Shown here one piece after another: positions 1 to 10,033 of a stretch of DNA of 64,000 bases. A program made the position numbers and the translations under genes. The DNA is taken from positions 647,161-711,160 of the forward strand of contig CAWFGB010000008.1 of assembly GCA_963815285.1 (NCBI GenBank). The letters run 5' to 3'. Origin of the DNA: an uncultured Acidobacteriota bacterium (GTDB taxonomy: Bacteria; Acidobacteriota; Vicinamibacteria; Vicinamibacterales; UBA2999). Position 1 is the stretch's first letter. Each line of letters opens with the position of its first letter. The notes below the pieces were generated by a model. The model saw nothing but the letters and a program-made list of their open reading frames with translations, was not told where the DNA came from and did not search any database.

Positions 1-147
1 GACGATGATGCGGTCGGTGGCGCACCCTGGCGCCTGGGCCGACGCGCACGGAGCGCCGTTGCGCGTCACCCGCACGTAGTCGTTCTCGAGCGCCGGCACA
101 TCCGCCTGCAGCACCACACCGACGAGGAGGAGACTGATGCGGATCAT
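1..147 (-). CDS. Hypothetical exported protein, 3' end beyond window edge
   Basis: Read by hand: MIRISLLLVGVVLQADVPALENDYVRVTRNG...; ATG overlaps the aminotransferase stop (ATGA); not in the ORF track because it runs off the edge. Confidence 0.65.
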   Translation of the reverse strand, partial: MIRISLLLVGVVLQADVPALENDYVRVTRNGAPCASAQAPGCATDRIIV

Positions 148-1454
148 TGCTCGACGACGCGATCCAGTTCGTAGAGTCCCTTGTCGATAATCGCAAAGGC
201 CTCGCGCAGTTCCGCCTCGGTGATCGTCAACGGCGGATTCGTGAAGAACGTGTTCCACCGCACGAACGTGTAAAGCCCCTCGTTGCGAAAAAATCGTCCC
301 AGCGACTGCATCTCGACCGACGTGCCATTGAACGGCGCCATCGGCTCCATCGTCGTGCGGTTGCGGACGAGTTCGACGACGCCGAACAACCCGATTGATC
401 GCACGGCGCCGACACACGCGTGCCTTTCCTCGAGTTCGGCAAGCAGGGCCTTCAGAACGGCGCCGGTCTCGGCCGCGCGGTCGATCAGCTTGTCCTCCTC
501 ATAGACGGTGATGGTGGCAAGTGCGCAGGCGCACGCCAAAGGATGACTGTTGTAGGTGAGGCCGCCGAAGAACACGTTGTCGCGAAAGTGGTCGGCAATC
601 TTGCGACGCATCCCCACGGCGCCAAGCTGGACGTAGGCCGCCGTCAGGCCCTTGGCCATGGTCATCACGTCGGGCACCACTTTCCAGTGATCGATCGAGA
701 ACCATTTCCCGGTGCGGCCAAATCCCGCCATGACCTCGTCAGCGATCATCACGATGCCGTGCTTGTCACACAGTTGCCGGACACCTTGGAGATACCCGTC
801 CGGGGGCACGAGGACGCCGTTGGTGCCGACCACCGGCTCCAAAATGATGCCGGCGATCGTGGCCGGGCCTTCGACCTGAATCATCTCTTCGAGATAGGCC
901 AGCGCCGCGTCGGCGCAATCCCATCCGCGCTGGATGCCGTGGTAGGGATTCAGGATGTGGACAATGCCCGGCAGTCCGGGTTCCGCGGCCCAGCGCCGGG
1001 GGTCTCCGGTCAACGAGATCGCACCGGCCGTGCCTCCGTGGTACGAGCGGTAGAACGCGAAGATCTTGTGCCGCCCGGTGTACCAGCGCGCGATCTTGAT
1101 CGCATTTTCGTTCGCCTCCGCGCCGCCGTTGGTAAAGAAGAACGCATCGATGTCGCCCGGCGTGATCTCCGCCAGCTTCGCCCCGAGCTTCGCGCGCGGC
1201 TCGGTCGCCATGAACGGGTTGGCGTAGGCGAGCACCGCGGCCTGCTCCTGGATCGCGCGGACGACGCGCTCGTCACCGTGCCCGATGTTGACGCACATCA
1301 GTTGGCTGTTGAAGTCGATGTAGCGTTTCCCCTCAGGCGTCCAGAAGTGGATCCCGCTGGCGCGTGCCACCGGAATGGGATCGACCTTCGATTGCGCCGA
1401 CCACTCGTAGATGGTGTGTTTCTTCGACAGCGCGACGATCTCTTCGCCGGTCAT
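144..1454 (-). CDS. Class III PLP aminotransferase (beta-alanine/taurine:pyruvate transaminase-like)
   Basis: IADEVMAGFGRTG, MAKGLT (PLP lysine), SYHGGT, TYNSHP; ATG at 1454 lies 2 nt past the mmsA stop. Confidence 0.9.
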   Translation of the reverse strand: MTGEEIVALSKKHTIYEWSAQSKVDPIPVARASGIHFWTPEGKRYIDFNSQLMCVNIGHGDERVVRAIQEQAAVLAYANPFMATEPRAKLGAKLAEITPGDIDAFFFTNGGAEANENAIKIARWYTGRHKIFAFYRSYHGGTAGAISLTGDPRRWAAEPGLPGIVHILNPYHGIQRGWDCADAALAYLEEMIQVEGPATIAGIILEPVVGTNGVLVPPDGYLQGVRQLCDKHGIVMIADEVMAGFGRTGKWFSIDHWKVVPDVMTMAKGLTAAYVQLGAVGMRRKIADHFRDNVFFGGLTYNSHPLACACALATITVYEEDKLIDRAAETGAVLKALLAELEERHACVGAVRSIGLFGVVELVRNRTTMEPMAPFNGTSVEMQSLGRFFRNEGLYTFVRWNTFFTNPPLTITEAELREAFAIIDKGLYELDRVVEQ

Positions 1455-1456
1455 GC

Positions 1457-2911
1457 TCAATACCACCTCGAAATCGTGACCTTGCCATCCGTGTAGAACT
1501 GAAACGCATCGCGACCGTGGACTTTCAGATCCCCGAAGAAGCTGTCGCGCGCACCGCCGAACGGAAAATAGGCCATCGGCGCCGCGACGCCGATATTGAC
1601 GCCGACCATCGACGCGGTCGCGCGGTGCGCAAAGTCGCGCGCGGTCTTGCCGCTCGACGTGAAAATCGACGTCGCATTGGCGTTGGGATGCGCCTCCATG
1701 ATCCGGAACGCATCGTCCAGCGTCTTGACGCGGTGGATGCCGGCGACCGGCCCGAAAATCTCTTCGCGTCCAATGACCATTTCAGGCGAAACGTCATCGA
1801 ACACCGTCGGGCCGACGAAAAAGCCATCTGAGGGGAGCTTGGACTGCCGGCCGTCGAGCGCGAGTGTCGCCCCCTCGCTGACGCCGCGGTCGACGTAGCC
1901 GAGTACGCGTTGACGATGAGGACCGCTGATCACCGGACCCATGGTCACGCCGGGCTCGAGCCCATCGCCTATCTTCAGCGCACGTGCGGACTCGATCAGC
2001 CGCTCGCAGGTCGGGTCGTGCGCCTCGCCAACCGGCAACAGCACGCTGCCCGCCAGGCAGCGCTCGCCCGCGCATCCGTAAAACGACTCCGTGATGACCG
2101 GGATGCTCTTGTCCAGATCGGCGTCGGGCATCACGACGATGAAGTTCTTGGCGCCGCCGAGCGCCTGGACGCGCTTGCCGGCATGGGTGGCGCGCTGGTA
2201 GACAAGCCGCGCGACCGGCGTCGAGCCCACGAAGGACACCGCGCGAATGCCGGGGTGGTCACAGATGGCTTCGACCACCTCGCGTCCACCCTGCACGAGG
2301 TTAACGACGCCCGGTGGCAGATCACATTGCGCCAGCAGCTCGAAGACCCGCTTCATGGAGAGCGGCACCTGCTCGGACGGCTTGAGCACGAACGTGTTGC
2401 CGCTCGCCACCGCGAACGGCAGGAACCACAGCGGCACCATCGCGGGAAAATTGAAGGGCGCAATCGCCGCGCAGACGCCAATCGGCTGCCGCATGACCGT
2501 GCAATCGATGCCGCCAGCAACGTTCTCCAGGCCGTAGCCCATGAGGAGCGAGGGCGCCCCGCACGCCACCTCGACGCATTCGATCCCACGGCGCAAGCTG
2601 CCGCGCGATTCGTCGAGGGTCTTGCCGTGCTCGGTCGTGACAATGCGGGCAATCTCTTCAAAAAACTGCTCGAGCAGATGCTTGAACTTGAACATCGCGC
2701 GCGCACGGATAACGGGAGCAGTCTCGCTCCACTCCAGGAATGCGCGCGCCGCGGCCTTGACCGCGGCATCGACTTCGGTCTTACCAGCCAGAGGCGTGCG
2801 AGCAATGACGACGCCGCGCGCCGGGTTGTGGACAGCGACGAAATCGGTGGCTTTTGAAGGCGTCCACTGACCGCCGATGTAGTGCGGGACAATTTCCGAA
2901 AGTTCCGGCAT
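1457..2911 (-). CDS. mmsA: CoA-acylating (methyl)malonate-semialdehyde dehydrogenase
   Basis: PFNFPAMVPLW, LKPSEQVP, SFVGST, GGAKN, GERCLA (catalytic Cys), EEIFGPV, FPFGG. Confidence 0.9.
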   Translation of the reverse strand: MPELSEIVPHYIGGQWTPSKATDFVAVHNPARGVVIARTPLAGKTEVDAAVKAAARAFLEWSETAPVIRARAMFKFKHLLEQFFEEIARIVTTEHGKTLDESRGSLRRGIECVEVACGAPSLLMGYGLENVAGGIDCTVMRQPIGVCAAIAPFNFPAMVPLWFLPFAVASGNTFVLKPSEQVPLSMKRVFELLAQCDLPPGVVNLVQGGREVVEAICDHPGIRAVSFVGSTPVARLVYQRATHAGKRVQALGGAKNFIVVMPDADLDKSIPVITESFYGCAGERCLAGSVLLPVGEAHDPTCERLIESARALKIGDGLEPGVTMGPVISGPHRQRVLGYVDRGVSEGATLALDGRQSKLPSDGFFVGPTVFDDVSPEMVIGREEIFGPVAGIHRVKTLDDAFRIMEAHPNANATSIFTSSGKTARDFAHRATASMVGVNIGVAAPMAYFPFGGARDSFFGDLKVHGRDAFQFYTDGKVTISRWY

Positions 2912-2928
2912 GATCCCGTCACTATACG

Positions 2929-3044
2929 TCAGGCCTCAGGCCCCAGGCTTCAGGCTCCCGGCTTCAGGCCCAGGGCTCAGGCGGCAGGTCTCAGACGTCA
3001 GGCCCCAGGCCTCATACCAGGCTCACGGGCGTTAGAGCTCAGGC
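2929..3044. repeat. Degenerate 7-bp tandem repeat (CAGGCYY)
   Basis: tcaggcc tcaggcc ccaggct tcaggct cccggct tcaggcc ... in the divergent mmsA/VOC intergenic region. Confidence 0.8.
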
Positions 3045-3136
3045 AGAACAGTCAGACAAGCAGCGGATTTCCGGGGTCAATGAACGGTAGAATCCGGCGG
3101 CACGTTACAGCGGGGCGTGCGAGAGGGAGACTTCCG

Positions 3137-3508
3137 ATGGAACGTGTGCTTGGGTTTGGTGGCGTGTTCTTCAAAGCGCGGGACCCGAAGGCGCTTGCAG
3201 AATGGTACGAGACGCATCTCGGAGTGCCATTCGAGACAGGGCAAACCTACGGCACCTTCACCGCGGCGGCGGGTGATCAAACGGTGTGCTCGCTGTTTCC
3301 ACAGGAAACGAACTACTTTGCGCCGAGCACGGCATCCTACATGTTCAACTTTCGGGTGCGTAACCTGTCCGCGATGCTGGAGCAGCTGCGGGCCGCCGGC
3401 GTCCAGCTGGACGATCGTGTCGAAGAGTACGAATACGGGAATTTTGCCTGGGTGATGGATCCCGAGGGCAATCGCATCGAGCTCTGGGAGCCGAAGACGC
3501 CATTCTGA
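3137..3508 (+). CDS. VOC/glyoxalase family protein
   Basis: MERVLGFGGVFFKARDP...DPEGNRIELWEP; GGGAG upstream; the longer 2882 start runs through the repeat. Confidence 0.88.
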   Translation: MERVLGFGGVFFKARDPKALAEWYETHLGVPFETGQTYGTFTAAAGDQTVCSLFPQETNYFAPSTASYMFNFRVRNLSAMLEQLRAAGVQLDDRVEEYEYGNFAWVMDPEGNRIELWEPKTPF

Positions 3509-3510
3509 GG

Positions 3511-4119
3511 ATGAGCCACATGATCGACTACGCCACGATGTCGCTCGATCAACAGCACGCCGCGTTCGTCCGGCACAAGTTCCTGGCGATGCCGATAGCC
3601 GGTACGATTGCCTGGACGGCGATAGGCATCGCCGGCGCGCTGTTGCCACTCGGCGCCGCAGCGTGGGCGCTTTTCATCGGGACCGGCATGATCTTCTCGC
3701 TGGGCGTGGCGGTCGCCCGGTTCACGGGGGAAGACCTGCTCGGACGCGAATCGAAAGGCAACTACTTCGATAAGCTGTTCTTTCACACCGTCGCCATGGC
3801 GGTGCTCGTCTACTCGATTGCCATTCCGTTCTTCCTGGTCGAGCGCACGTCGCTGCCCATGTCTGTCGGGATCATGAGCGGGCTCATGTGGATTCCGTTT
3901 TCCTCGCTCATCGGTCATTGGGTCGGTTTGTTCCATGGCATCGCACGCACGGTGCTACTCGTGTTTGCGCACTACGCGTTTCCAAATCAGCGATTCGTAA
4001 TCATCCCGGCCATCATCGTCTTGATCTATTTGTTGACAATCGTGGTGCTGCAGCGGCGCTATGCCGCCGTGATGGCGGCGCCTGCTCCGTACGCTGTAGC
4101 AGAGGGCACGGTGGGGTGA
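3511..4119 (+). CDS. Conserved multi-pass membrane protein
   Basis: About six hydrophobic helices; starts 2 nt after the VOC stop. Confidence 0.75.
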   Translation: MSHMIDYATMSLDQQHAAFVRHKFLAMPIAGTIAWTAIGIAGALLPLGAAAWALFIGTGMIFSLGVAVARFTGEDLLGRESKGNYFDKLFFHTVAMAVLVYSIAIPFFLVERTSLPMSVGIMSGLMWIPFSSLIGHWVGLFHGIARTVLLVFAHYAFPNQRFVIIPAIIVLIYLLTIVVLQRRYAAVMAAPAPYAVAEGTVG

Positions 4120-4126
4120 GGCAAAA

Positions 4127-6568
4127 TTGACTCCAGAAGCGTTCATCAACTCGGCGTGGAGCGGCGCCCGGACATTGCTGCGGGCGAGGGGGTTTACGTT
4201 GGCGGCGGTGGTCACGTTGGCGATTGGCGTCGCCGGCGCCACGGTGATGTTCGCGCTCGTCAGCGGGCTGCTGCTCACACCGCTTCCGGTGCGCGATCAG
4301 GACCGCGTAATCGTCGCCTGGAAGGAATCGTCCACCGGAGCGTTCGCCCACGCGCCGTTCCGCGCGGACGCCGTCGACGAGGTCAAGCGTCACGCACGGT
4401 TGCTGGAGCACACCGCCGCGTTCGCCTACAACGGCGCGATGCAGTACGCCATCGTCGAGGACGGGACGGCGAGCAACATCCGCGCCGGGGCCGTCGGCGG
4501 CGATTTCTTTCGCGTGTTGGGAACTCGCGCGCTCCTTGGCAGAACCCTGGAGCCATCCGACGATGTGAGCGGCGCGGAGCTGGCGCTGGTGATCGACCAA
4601 GGCGTTTGGCGGGATCGGTATGGGGCGCGGCCAGATGTCGTTGGCCGCCGTGTGCGCCTCAACGAGCAAACGTTCACCATCGTCGGCGTGATTCCCGCGG
4701 TGGACTTGCCACGCGGGGCCGAGGCGTGGATGACGCTCCACGGCTTCACGTCACTGACGGCGGACGGCAGTCCCGGGCGGACGGCGGCAACGCGAGATCA
4801 CGACCTGATCGCGCGGCTGCGGCCGGGTGTGTCGTTTGCGCAAGCACAGGCCGAGCTGCGGTCGCTGTCGGAAGATTTTGAGCGACGCAACAATCGATCG
4901 TCATGGACGCTCGTGCCCGTAGTACGCACGTACGCCGACGAGGTGGTCGGCGACGTTCGCTCGCCAGTGCTGCTGCTCTTTGGCGCCGTTGCGCTCGTGC
5001 TGCTCATCGCTTGCGCCAATCTGGCCAACCTTCTGTTGATGCGCGGCGAAGCGCAACGTAATGAGCTGGCGGTGCGGATCGCACTTGGCGCCGGACGTGG
5101 CCGTCTGATCAGTCAGGCGGCAGGCGAAACCCTTGCGCTCGGCGCCGCTGCCGGGGGTCTCGCATTGCTGATTTCGTGGTGGAGCCTCGAAGCGCTGGTG
5201 GCGCTTGCCCCGACCGAACTGCCGCGCGTGGTCGCCGGGCTCAGTATCGACCTGCGTGTCGCTGTCTTTGCGGTCGTCATCGCGATGGTGACCGCCGCGG
5301 GCACCGGGATTGCGACTGCGTTCATCGCCTCATCGGCGGACGTTGTGAGTCACCTGCGAGGGAGCCGTACGGCGAGTCCCACGGCCACTCACGGCCGGCG
5401 CATCCTGGTCGTGGCGCAGGTCGCGTTGTCGATCACGATTCTGGCGGCTGCCGGGGTGCTCACGCGCACGTTGCTGCACCTGCACGCGGCGGACATGGGA
5501 TTGGCCGCCGACCGACTCGTGTTCGTCGAGTTGCACATCCCATCGGAGCACGCCGAGGTCGCGCGCCGACGCCCGTTTCTTCAGGAACTCGCCCGTGAGG
5601 TGCAGGCCATTCCTGGAATCGAGGCCGTGACGCCGATCGCCGTGCGGCCGTATGCGGGCCTCAGCGGCTGGGACGTGCCGCGATTCGCCGCTGAGGGCCA
5701 AAGCGCCGACGACGCTGCGCAGAACCCCGGGCTCGATCTTCAGTCGATCCATCCCGAGCACTTCGAGGCGCTCCAGATCAGCATCACCGCTGGTCGCGGC
5801 ATCACCAGCGCTGACACCGACCGGACGCCACAGGTTGCGGTTATCAGCGAGGACGTCGCCCGGCGCGTGTGGCCAGCTCAGGATCCGATCGGAAAGCGGC
5901 TGAAGATGGGCGGCGTTGATTCTTCGGCACGGTGGTTCACGGTGGTCGGCATCGCCAAGCCGACGCGGTACCGCGAATTGGTCGAGCCGCGCGCCACACT
6001 CTATGTCGCGGCCGCGCAGTTCGTGGACGGCGCCGGCAGCCTCGCCATTCGAACTTCAGCGCCGCTCGAGCAGATTGCGGGCGCAGTGCGCGAACGCGTT
6101 CGCCGCGTGAATCCGAATGTGATGGTGACGCGGATGGATCCGTTCTCGACGTATCTCGCGCGGCCACTGGCGCGCCCCCGGTTCGTCGCCTGGCTGAGCA
6201 ACATCTTCGGCGGCATCGCGCTGCTTCTCGCGGGTATCGGCCTCTACGGCGTGATGGCGGCCTTCGTGCGTCAGCGCACACGCGAGATAGGCGTGCGTAT
6301 TGCCCTGGGCGCGAGCGCCCGGGACCTGCGTCGGCTCGTGCTCGGCGAAGCGGTCCGCTTAGCCGGGATGGGGGCGGTGATTGGGCTCCTGGGCGCTGTC
6401 GCGACAAGCGGGTTGCTGCGCGGGTTGCTCTTCGGCGTCGAACCCGCGGACCCAATCGCGCTCATCGTCGCCACGGCCATCCTCACGGGGGCGTCGGCTA
6501 TCGCGGTCTATGTGCCCGTGCGACGTGCGACGCGAGTCGATGCCGTGACACTGTTGCGGGCTGACTGA
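4127..6568 (+). CDS. ADOP-type (duplicated MacB/FtsX) ABC permease
   Basis: Duplicated architecture; LLIACANLANLLL, RIALGAGRGRL, GLYGVMA..VRQRTREIGVRIALGA, ends LLRAD. Confidence 0.9.
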   Translation: MTPEAFINSAWSGARTLLRARGFTLAAVVTLAIGVAGATVMFALVSGLLLTPLPVRDQDRVIVAWKESSTGAFAHAPFRADAVDEVKRHARLLEHTAAFAYNGAMQYAIVEDGTASNIRAGAVGGDFFRVLGTRALLGRTLEPSDDVSGAELALVIDQGVWRDRYGARPDVVGRRVRLNEQTFTIVGVIPAVDLPRGAEAWMTLHGFTSLTADGSPGRTAATRDHDLIARLRPGVSFAQAQAELRSLSEDFERRNNRSSWTLVPVVRTYADEVVGDVRSPVLLLFGAVALVLLIACANLANLLLMRGEAQRNELAVRIALGAGRGRLISQAAGETLALGAAAGGLALLISWWSLEALVALAPTELPRVVAGLSIDLRVAVFAVVIAMVTAAGTGIATAFIASSADVVSHLRGSRTASPTATHGRRILVVAQVALSITILAAAGVLTRTLLHLHAADMGLAADRLVFVELHIPSEHAEVARRRPFLQELAREVQAIPGIEAVTPIAVRPYAGLSGWDVPRFAAEGQSADDAAQNPGLDLQSIHPEHFEALQISITAGRGITSADTDRTPQVAVISEDVARRVWPAQDPIGKRLKMGGVDSSARWFTVVGIAKPTRYRELVEPRATLYVAAAQFVDGAGSLAIRTSAPLEQIAGAVRERVRRVNPNVMVTRMDPFSTYLARPLARPRFVAWLSNIFGGIALLLAGIGLYGVMAAFVRQRTREIGVRIALGASARDLRRLVLGEAVRLAGMGAVIGLLGAVATSGLLRGLLFGVEPADPIALIVATAILTGASAIAVYVPVRRATRVDAVTLLRAD

Positions 6569-6610
6569 TGGCGGCGGCTTCGCTGCCGCCGAACGCCGCT
6601 ACAGGAGCCA

Positions 6611-6725
6611 ACACGGATTTCACAGATTTCTCAGATAAAAGGCAACACGGATCCCGCAGACGACACAGATCTTCTCTTGACGAAACAGCCAAATAAGATC
6701 GGTGAAATCCGTGTAATCGGTGTTG
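6611..6725. repeat. Inverted clusters of 9-bp repeats (CACGGATTT / AAATCCGTG)
   Basis: cacggattt cacagattt ctcagataa ... atcggtgaa atccgtgta atcggtgtt between convergent permease genes. Confidence 0.7.
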
Positions 6726-6771
6726 GCCGTTGTTGGTCTGGCTTCGAGAAGAAGCAGATGTGTTTTCGAGG

Positions 6772-9198
6772 TCACTCCGCGCGTAATGCTTCTGTCGGTG
6801 CGATGCGCGTTCCGCGTCGGGCAGGCACGTACAACGCAAGGGTCGCGACAATCGTGAGCATCACCGCTGTCGCCGCAAAGGTGGCTGGATCGAGCGGCTC
6901 CGTTTCGAACAGCAATGTTTCAAGGAGACGCGTCAGCAACGCCGCCGCCACCAGTCCGGCGGCCACGCCGGCGAGCACCAGCTTGAGCGCCTGCCCGAGC
7001 ACGAGCCGGAACACCGAGTCGACCGTCGCGCCGAGCGCCATGCGCACGCCAATCTCCTGGGTGCGCTGGGACACGGAGTAGGCCATGACGCCGTAGACGC
7101 CGACGCCGGCGAGGGCCAAGGCCATCAGCGCAAATGCCGTTAGCAGCGCGGATACCGCGCGCGGCCGTGCGAGCGTGGCATCCACAACATCCGGCATCGA
7201 GCGGATATCAGCGAGCGGCAGTTCGGGGTCTAGTGAACGTACCGCCGCGCCGACGCTGTTGGCCAGCGCCATTGGCTCCATTTCGGTGCGCACGACGTAG
7301 GTCATCAAGCCGATGGACAGTTGCGGCAGCGGCATATAGATGGCCGGCCGCGTTTCGGCATCGAGTGAGGCAAACTTCACGTCGCCGACAACGCCGACGA
7401 CTTCCACGTTCATGCCCTCGGCACTGCCGATGGCGACGTGCAGCCGTCTGCCGAGAGGGTTGTCGCCCGGAAAGACCCGCCGCACAAGGCCTTCGCTCAC
7501 GACCGCCACGAGTGGGGCGCCGGCCAGATCCGCGTCGGTGAAGTCGCGTCCGGCCAGATGCCTGATGCCCATGGTGCGAAAGTAGTTGGGCGTCACCGGC
7601 CGCACCTCGGTCACCGGCCGCTCCCCGTCGGACGGTACGGGCAGGTCGAGCCGATAGAACGACGTTCCCATGCCCGGGCCGGCAAGCGGCAGGAACGAGA
7701 TACCGGCGGCACTCTCAACGCCAGGAATCTGTCGGACCCGCTCGAGTGAATTCCGGAAAAACGCCGCGGCCGCCTCACCCGATTCATAACGGGCAGCCGG
7801 CAGGCTCAGTCGCGCCGTCAGCACGCCCTCTGCGCGAAACCCGGGATCGATGCTCTGCAGCCTCACGAAACTGCGAATCAGCAGTCCTGCACCAGCCAGC
7901 AGCACCAGCGACAGCGCCACCTCCGCGACAACGAGCGTGCCGAGGGCGCGCTTCGATCGCGGGCCGGCGCCGTGCCGTCCGCCCTCGCGCAATGCATCGC
8001 TGGCCGAATCTGACGCCAACATTGCTGGCACCAGGCCAAACAGCAGGCCCGTCCCGAGGGAGAGCGCGACTGTGAAACCGACAAGCGTGAGGTCGAGCGT
8101 TACCTGATCGAGGCGAGGTACCGGAATGCGGTCGGCGACGAGCGCGAGCAACCCGCGATGGAACGCTGCGGCGAAGACCATGCCGACGATGCCACCGAAA
8201 AGCGACAAGAGCAAACTCTCCGTCAGCATCTGTCGGACCAGCCGTGACCGTCCGGCACCGAGCGCGGTGCGCAAGCCCAGCTCGCGCTGGCGGACCGTGC
8301 TCCGTGCCAGCAGCAGGTTGGCGACGTTGACGCAGGCGATGAGCAGGACCAGCAGCACGGCTCCAGCCAAAATGAGCAGCGCCGGCCTGATGGTCTCGGT
8401 TGTGATCTCGTGTATGGGCACCACCGCGACGGACCAGCCGGTGTTGCGTCGCGGCTCTTCCTTTTCCAGTACTGCGGCTATGGCGCGCATCTCATCCTGC
8501 GCTTGCGCCAGGGTGATCCCCTCGCGCAGCCGGGCCACTGCGTGCGAGCTGCCGCGCCCCGACGCAGAGCGCAGTGCTTCGAGCGTCCAGCCGTAGGTGA
8601 TGTAGAAATCGGCCTTCTGTCCTTCGATCGTGAAGCGCGGTGGCATCACGCCAATCACTTCGCGTTGCCGCCCGTTCGCGCTCAGCGTCGTCCCGAGAAT
8701 GTCGCTGCGGCCGCCGAGCCGCGACTGCCAGAACTCGTGACTAATCACCAGCACGTCGTCGTTGCCGCGCAGGTCCTCTTCGGCGGTGAACGTGCGGCCG
8801 AGCGCCGGCGGCACGCCAAGCGCGGCGAACACCTCTGACGATGCGGCGAGACCGGATACTTCGTATGGTTGCCCGTCGAGAATCAAGTTCAGCCTTGACG
8901 GACCGGTGATGCCCAGGTGCTCGAAGGATCGACTCCGCTCTTGCCACGCGACGAAGTTGGCTGCCCCAATGACGTTACGCGTCCGGTTCCGGCTCGCGTT
9001 GGCTTCCCAAATCGAGACAATGCGGTCGGGATTCCGATAGGGCAGCGGCTCGAGCAGCACGCCGCGAACGACGCTGAAGATGGCGGAGGTCGCTCCGATG
9101 CCCAGGGCGAGGGCAAGGACCGCGGGCACGGTAAACCGCGGCGCGCGCAAGAACGACCGAAGCGCAAAACGCAAGTCCTGGATGAAGTTCCCGTTCAT
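6772..9198 (-). CDS. ADOP-type ABC permease
   Basis: QDLRFALR start, LLIACVNVANLLLAR, GVYGVMAYSVSQRTQEIGVRMALGA, ends ALRAE. Confidence 0.92.
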   Translation of the reverse strand: MNGNFIQDLRFALRSFLRAPRFTVPAVLALALGIGATSAIFSVVRGVLLEPLPYRNPDRIVSIWEANASRNRTRNVIGAANFVAWQERSRSFEHLGITGPSRLNLILDGQPYEVSGLAASSEVFAALGVPPALGRTFTAEEDLRGNDDVLVISHEFWQSRLGGRSDILGTTLSANGRQREVIGVMPPRFTIEGQKADFYITYGWTLEALRSASGRGSSHAVARLREGITLAQAQDEMRAIAAVLEKEEPRRNTGWSVAVVPIHEITTETIRPALLILAGAVLLVLLIACVNVANLLLARSTVRQRELGLRTALGAGRSRLVRQMLTESLLLSLFGGIVGMVFAAAFHRGLLALVADRIPVPRLDQVTLDLTLVGFTVALSLGTGLLFGLVPAMLASDSASDALREGGRHGAGPRSKRALGTLVVAEVALSLVLLAGAGLLIRSFVRLQSIDPGFRAEGVLTARLSLPAARYESGEAAAAFFRNSLERVRQIPGVESAAGISFLPLAGPGMGTSFYRLDLPVPSDGERPVTEVRPVTPNYFRTMGIRHLAGRDFTDADLAGAPLVAVVSEGLVRRVFPGDNPLGRRLHVAIGSAEGMNVEVVGVVGDVKFASLDAETRPAIYMPLPQLSIGLMTYVVRTEMEPMALANSVGAAVRSLDPELPLADIRSMPDVVDATLARPRAVSALLTAFALMALALAGVGVYGVMAYSVSQRTQEIGVRMALGATVDSVFRLVLGQALKLVLAGVAAGLVAAALLTRLLETLLFETEPLDPATFAATAVMLTIVATLALYVPARRGTRIAPTEALRAE

Positions 9199-9305
9199 TT
9201 CAACCTTAGATGGCCGTCGATGGCAGACGGTTGGCAGTGTTCTGCTAAAAATTCAGCATACACCGTGTACCACCGTATAAACGCAACCTTCTATAGTTGG
9301 GTTCC

Positions 9306-10022
9306 ATGCGACTCTATACAGAATTGGCGGCATGGTGGCCGCTGTTGTCGCCTCCCCAGCATTATGTGGAGGAGGCGGCGGACCTCATCCCGACACTGCA
9401 GAGTGCCCCAGACCAAGCGCCGCAGACGCTGCTCGAGCTTGGTTCGGGCGGCGGTAGCCTGGCCTTCCACCTCAAATCGCACTTTCAATTGACGCTCTCG
9501 GATCGTTCAGAGCAAATGCTTGCGGTCAGCCGGCAGGTCAACCCTGAATGCGAACACGTGGCGGGCGACATGCAGACGCTCCAGCTCGACCGGCAGTTCG
9601 ATCTGGTGATGATTCACGATGCCGTGATGTATCTCACCGATGAAGCAGCGCTTCGCGCCGCCTTTGCCACGGCCTATCGTCACTGCCGGCCGGCCGGAGC
9701 CGTCGTCATCATCCCGGACAACGTGACGGAGACGTTCGCCCCGGAGACGGCACATGGTGGCGAAGATGCGCCCGACGGCCGGGGCCTACGCTATCTCGAA
9801 TGGACGTGGGATCCCGATCCCACGGACACGACTTTCCGGACGGTGTGGTCCCTCCTGCTGCGGGACGCCAGTGGCCACGTCACGGTGGACATGGACGAAC
9901 ACCTGTTTGGAATCTATCCACGCGCGTCATGGCTTGCGTGGTTACGCGCCGAAGGCTTCGAGCCGACATCGCGCATGGATCCCTGGAATCGCGACGTGTT
10001 CATCGCGCGCAAGCCGACGTAG
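9306..10022 (+). CDS. Class I SAM-dependent methyltransferase
   Basis: LLELGSGGG motif I, LSDRSEQML, FDLVMIHDAVMY. Confidence 0.88.
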   Translation: MRLYTELAAWWPLLSPPQHYVEEAADLIPTLQSAPDQAPQTLLELGSGGGSLAFHLKSHFQLTLSDRSEQMLAVSRQVNPECEHVAGDMQTLQLDRQFDLVMIHDAVMYLTDEAALRAAFATAYRHCRPAGAVVIIPDNVTETFAPETAHGGEDAPDGRGLRYLEWTWDPDPTDTTFRTVWSLLLRDASGHVTVDMDEHLFGIYPRASWLAWLRAEGFEPTSRMDPWNRDVFIARKPT

Positions 10023-10033
10023 CCCGGCGACGC

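Noticed and set aside
6570-6590. Intrinsic terminator hairpin GGCGGCGGC-TTC-GCTGCCGCC
   Set aside because: Good stem but no U-tract on either strand, so not called.
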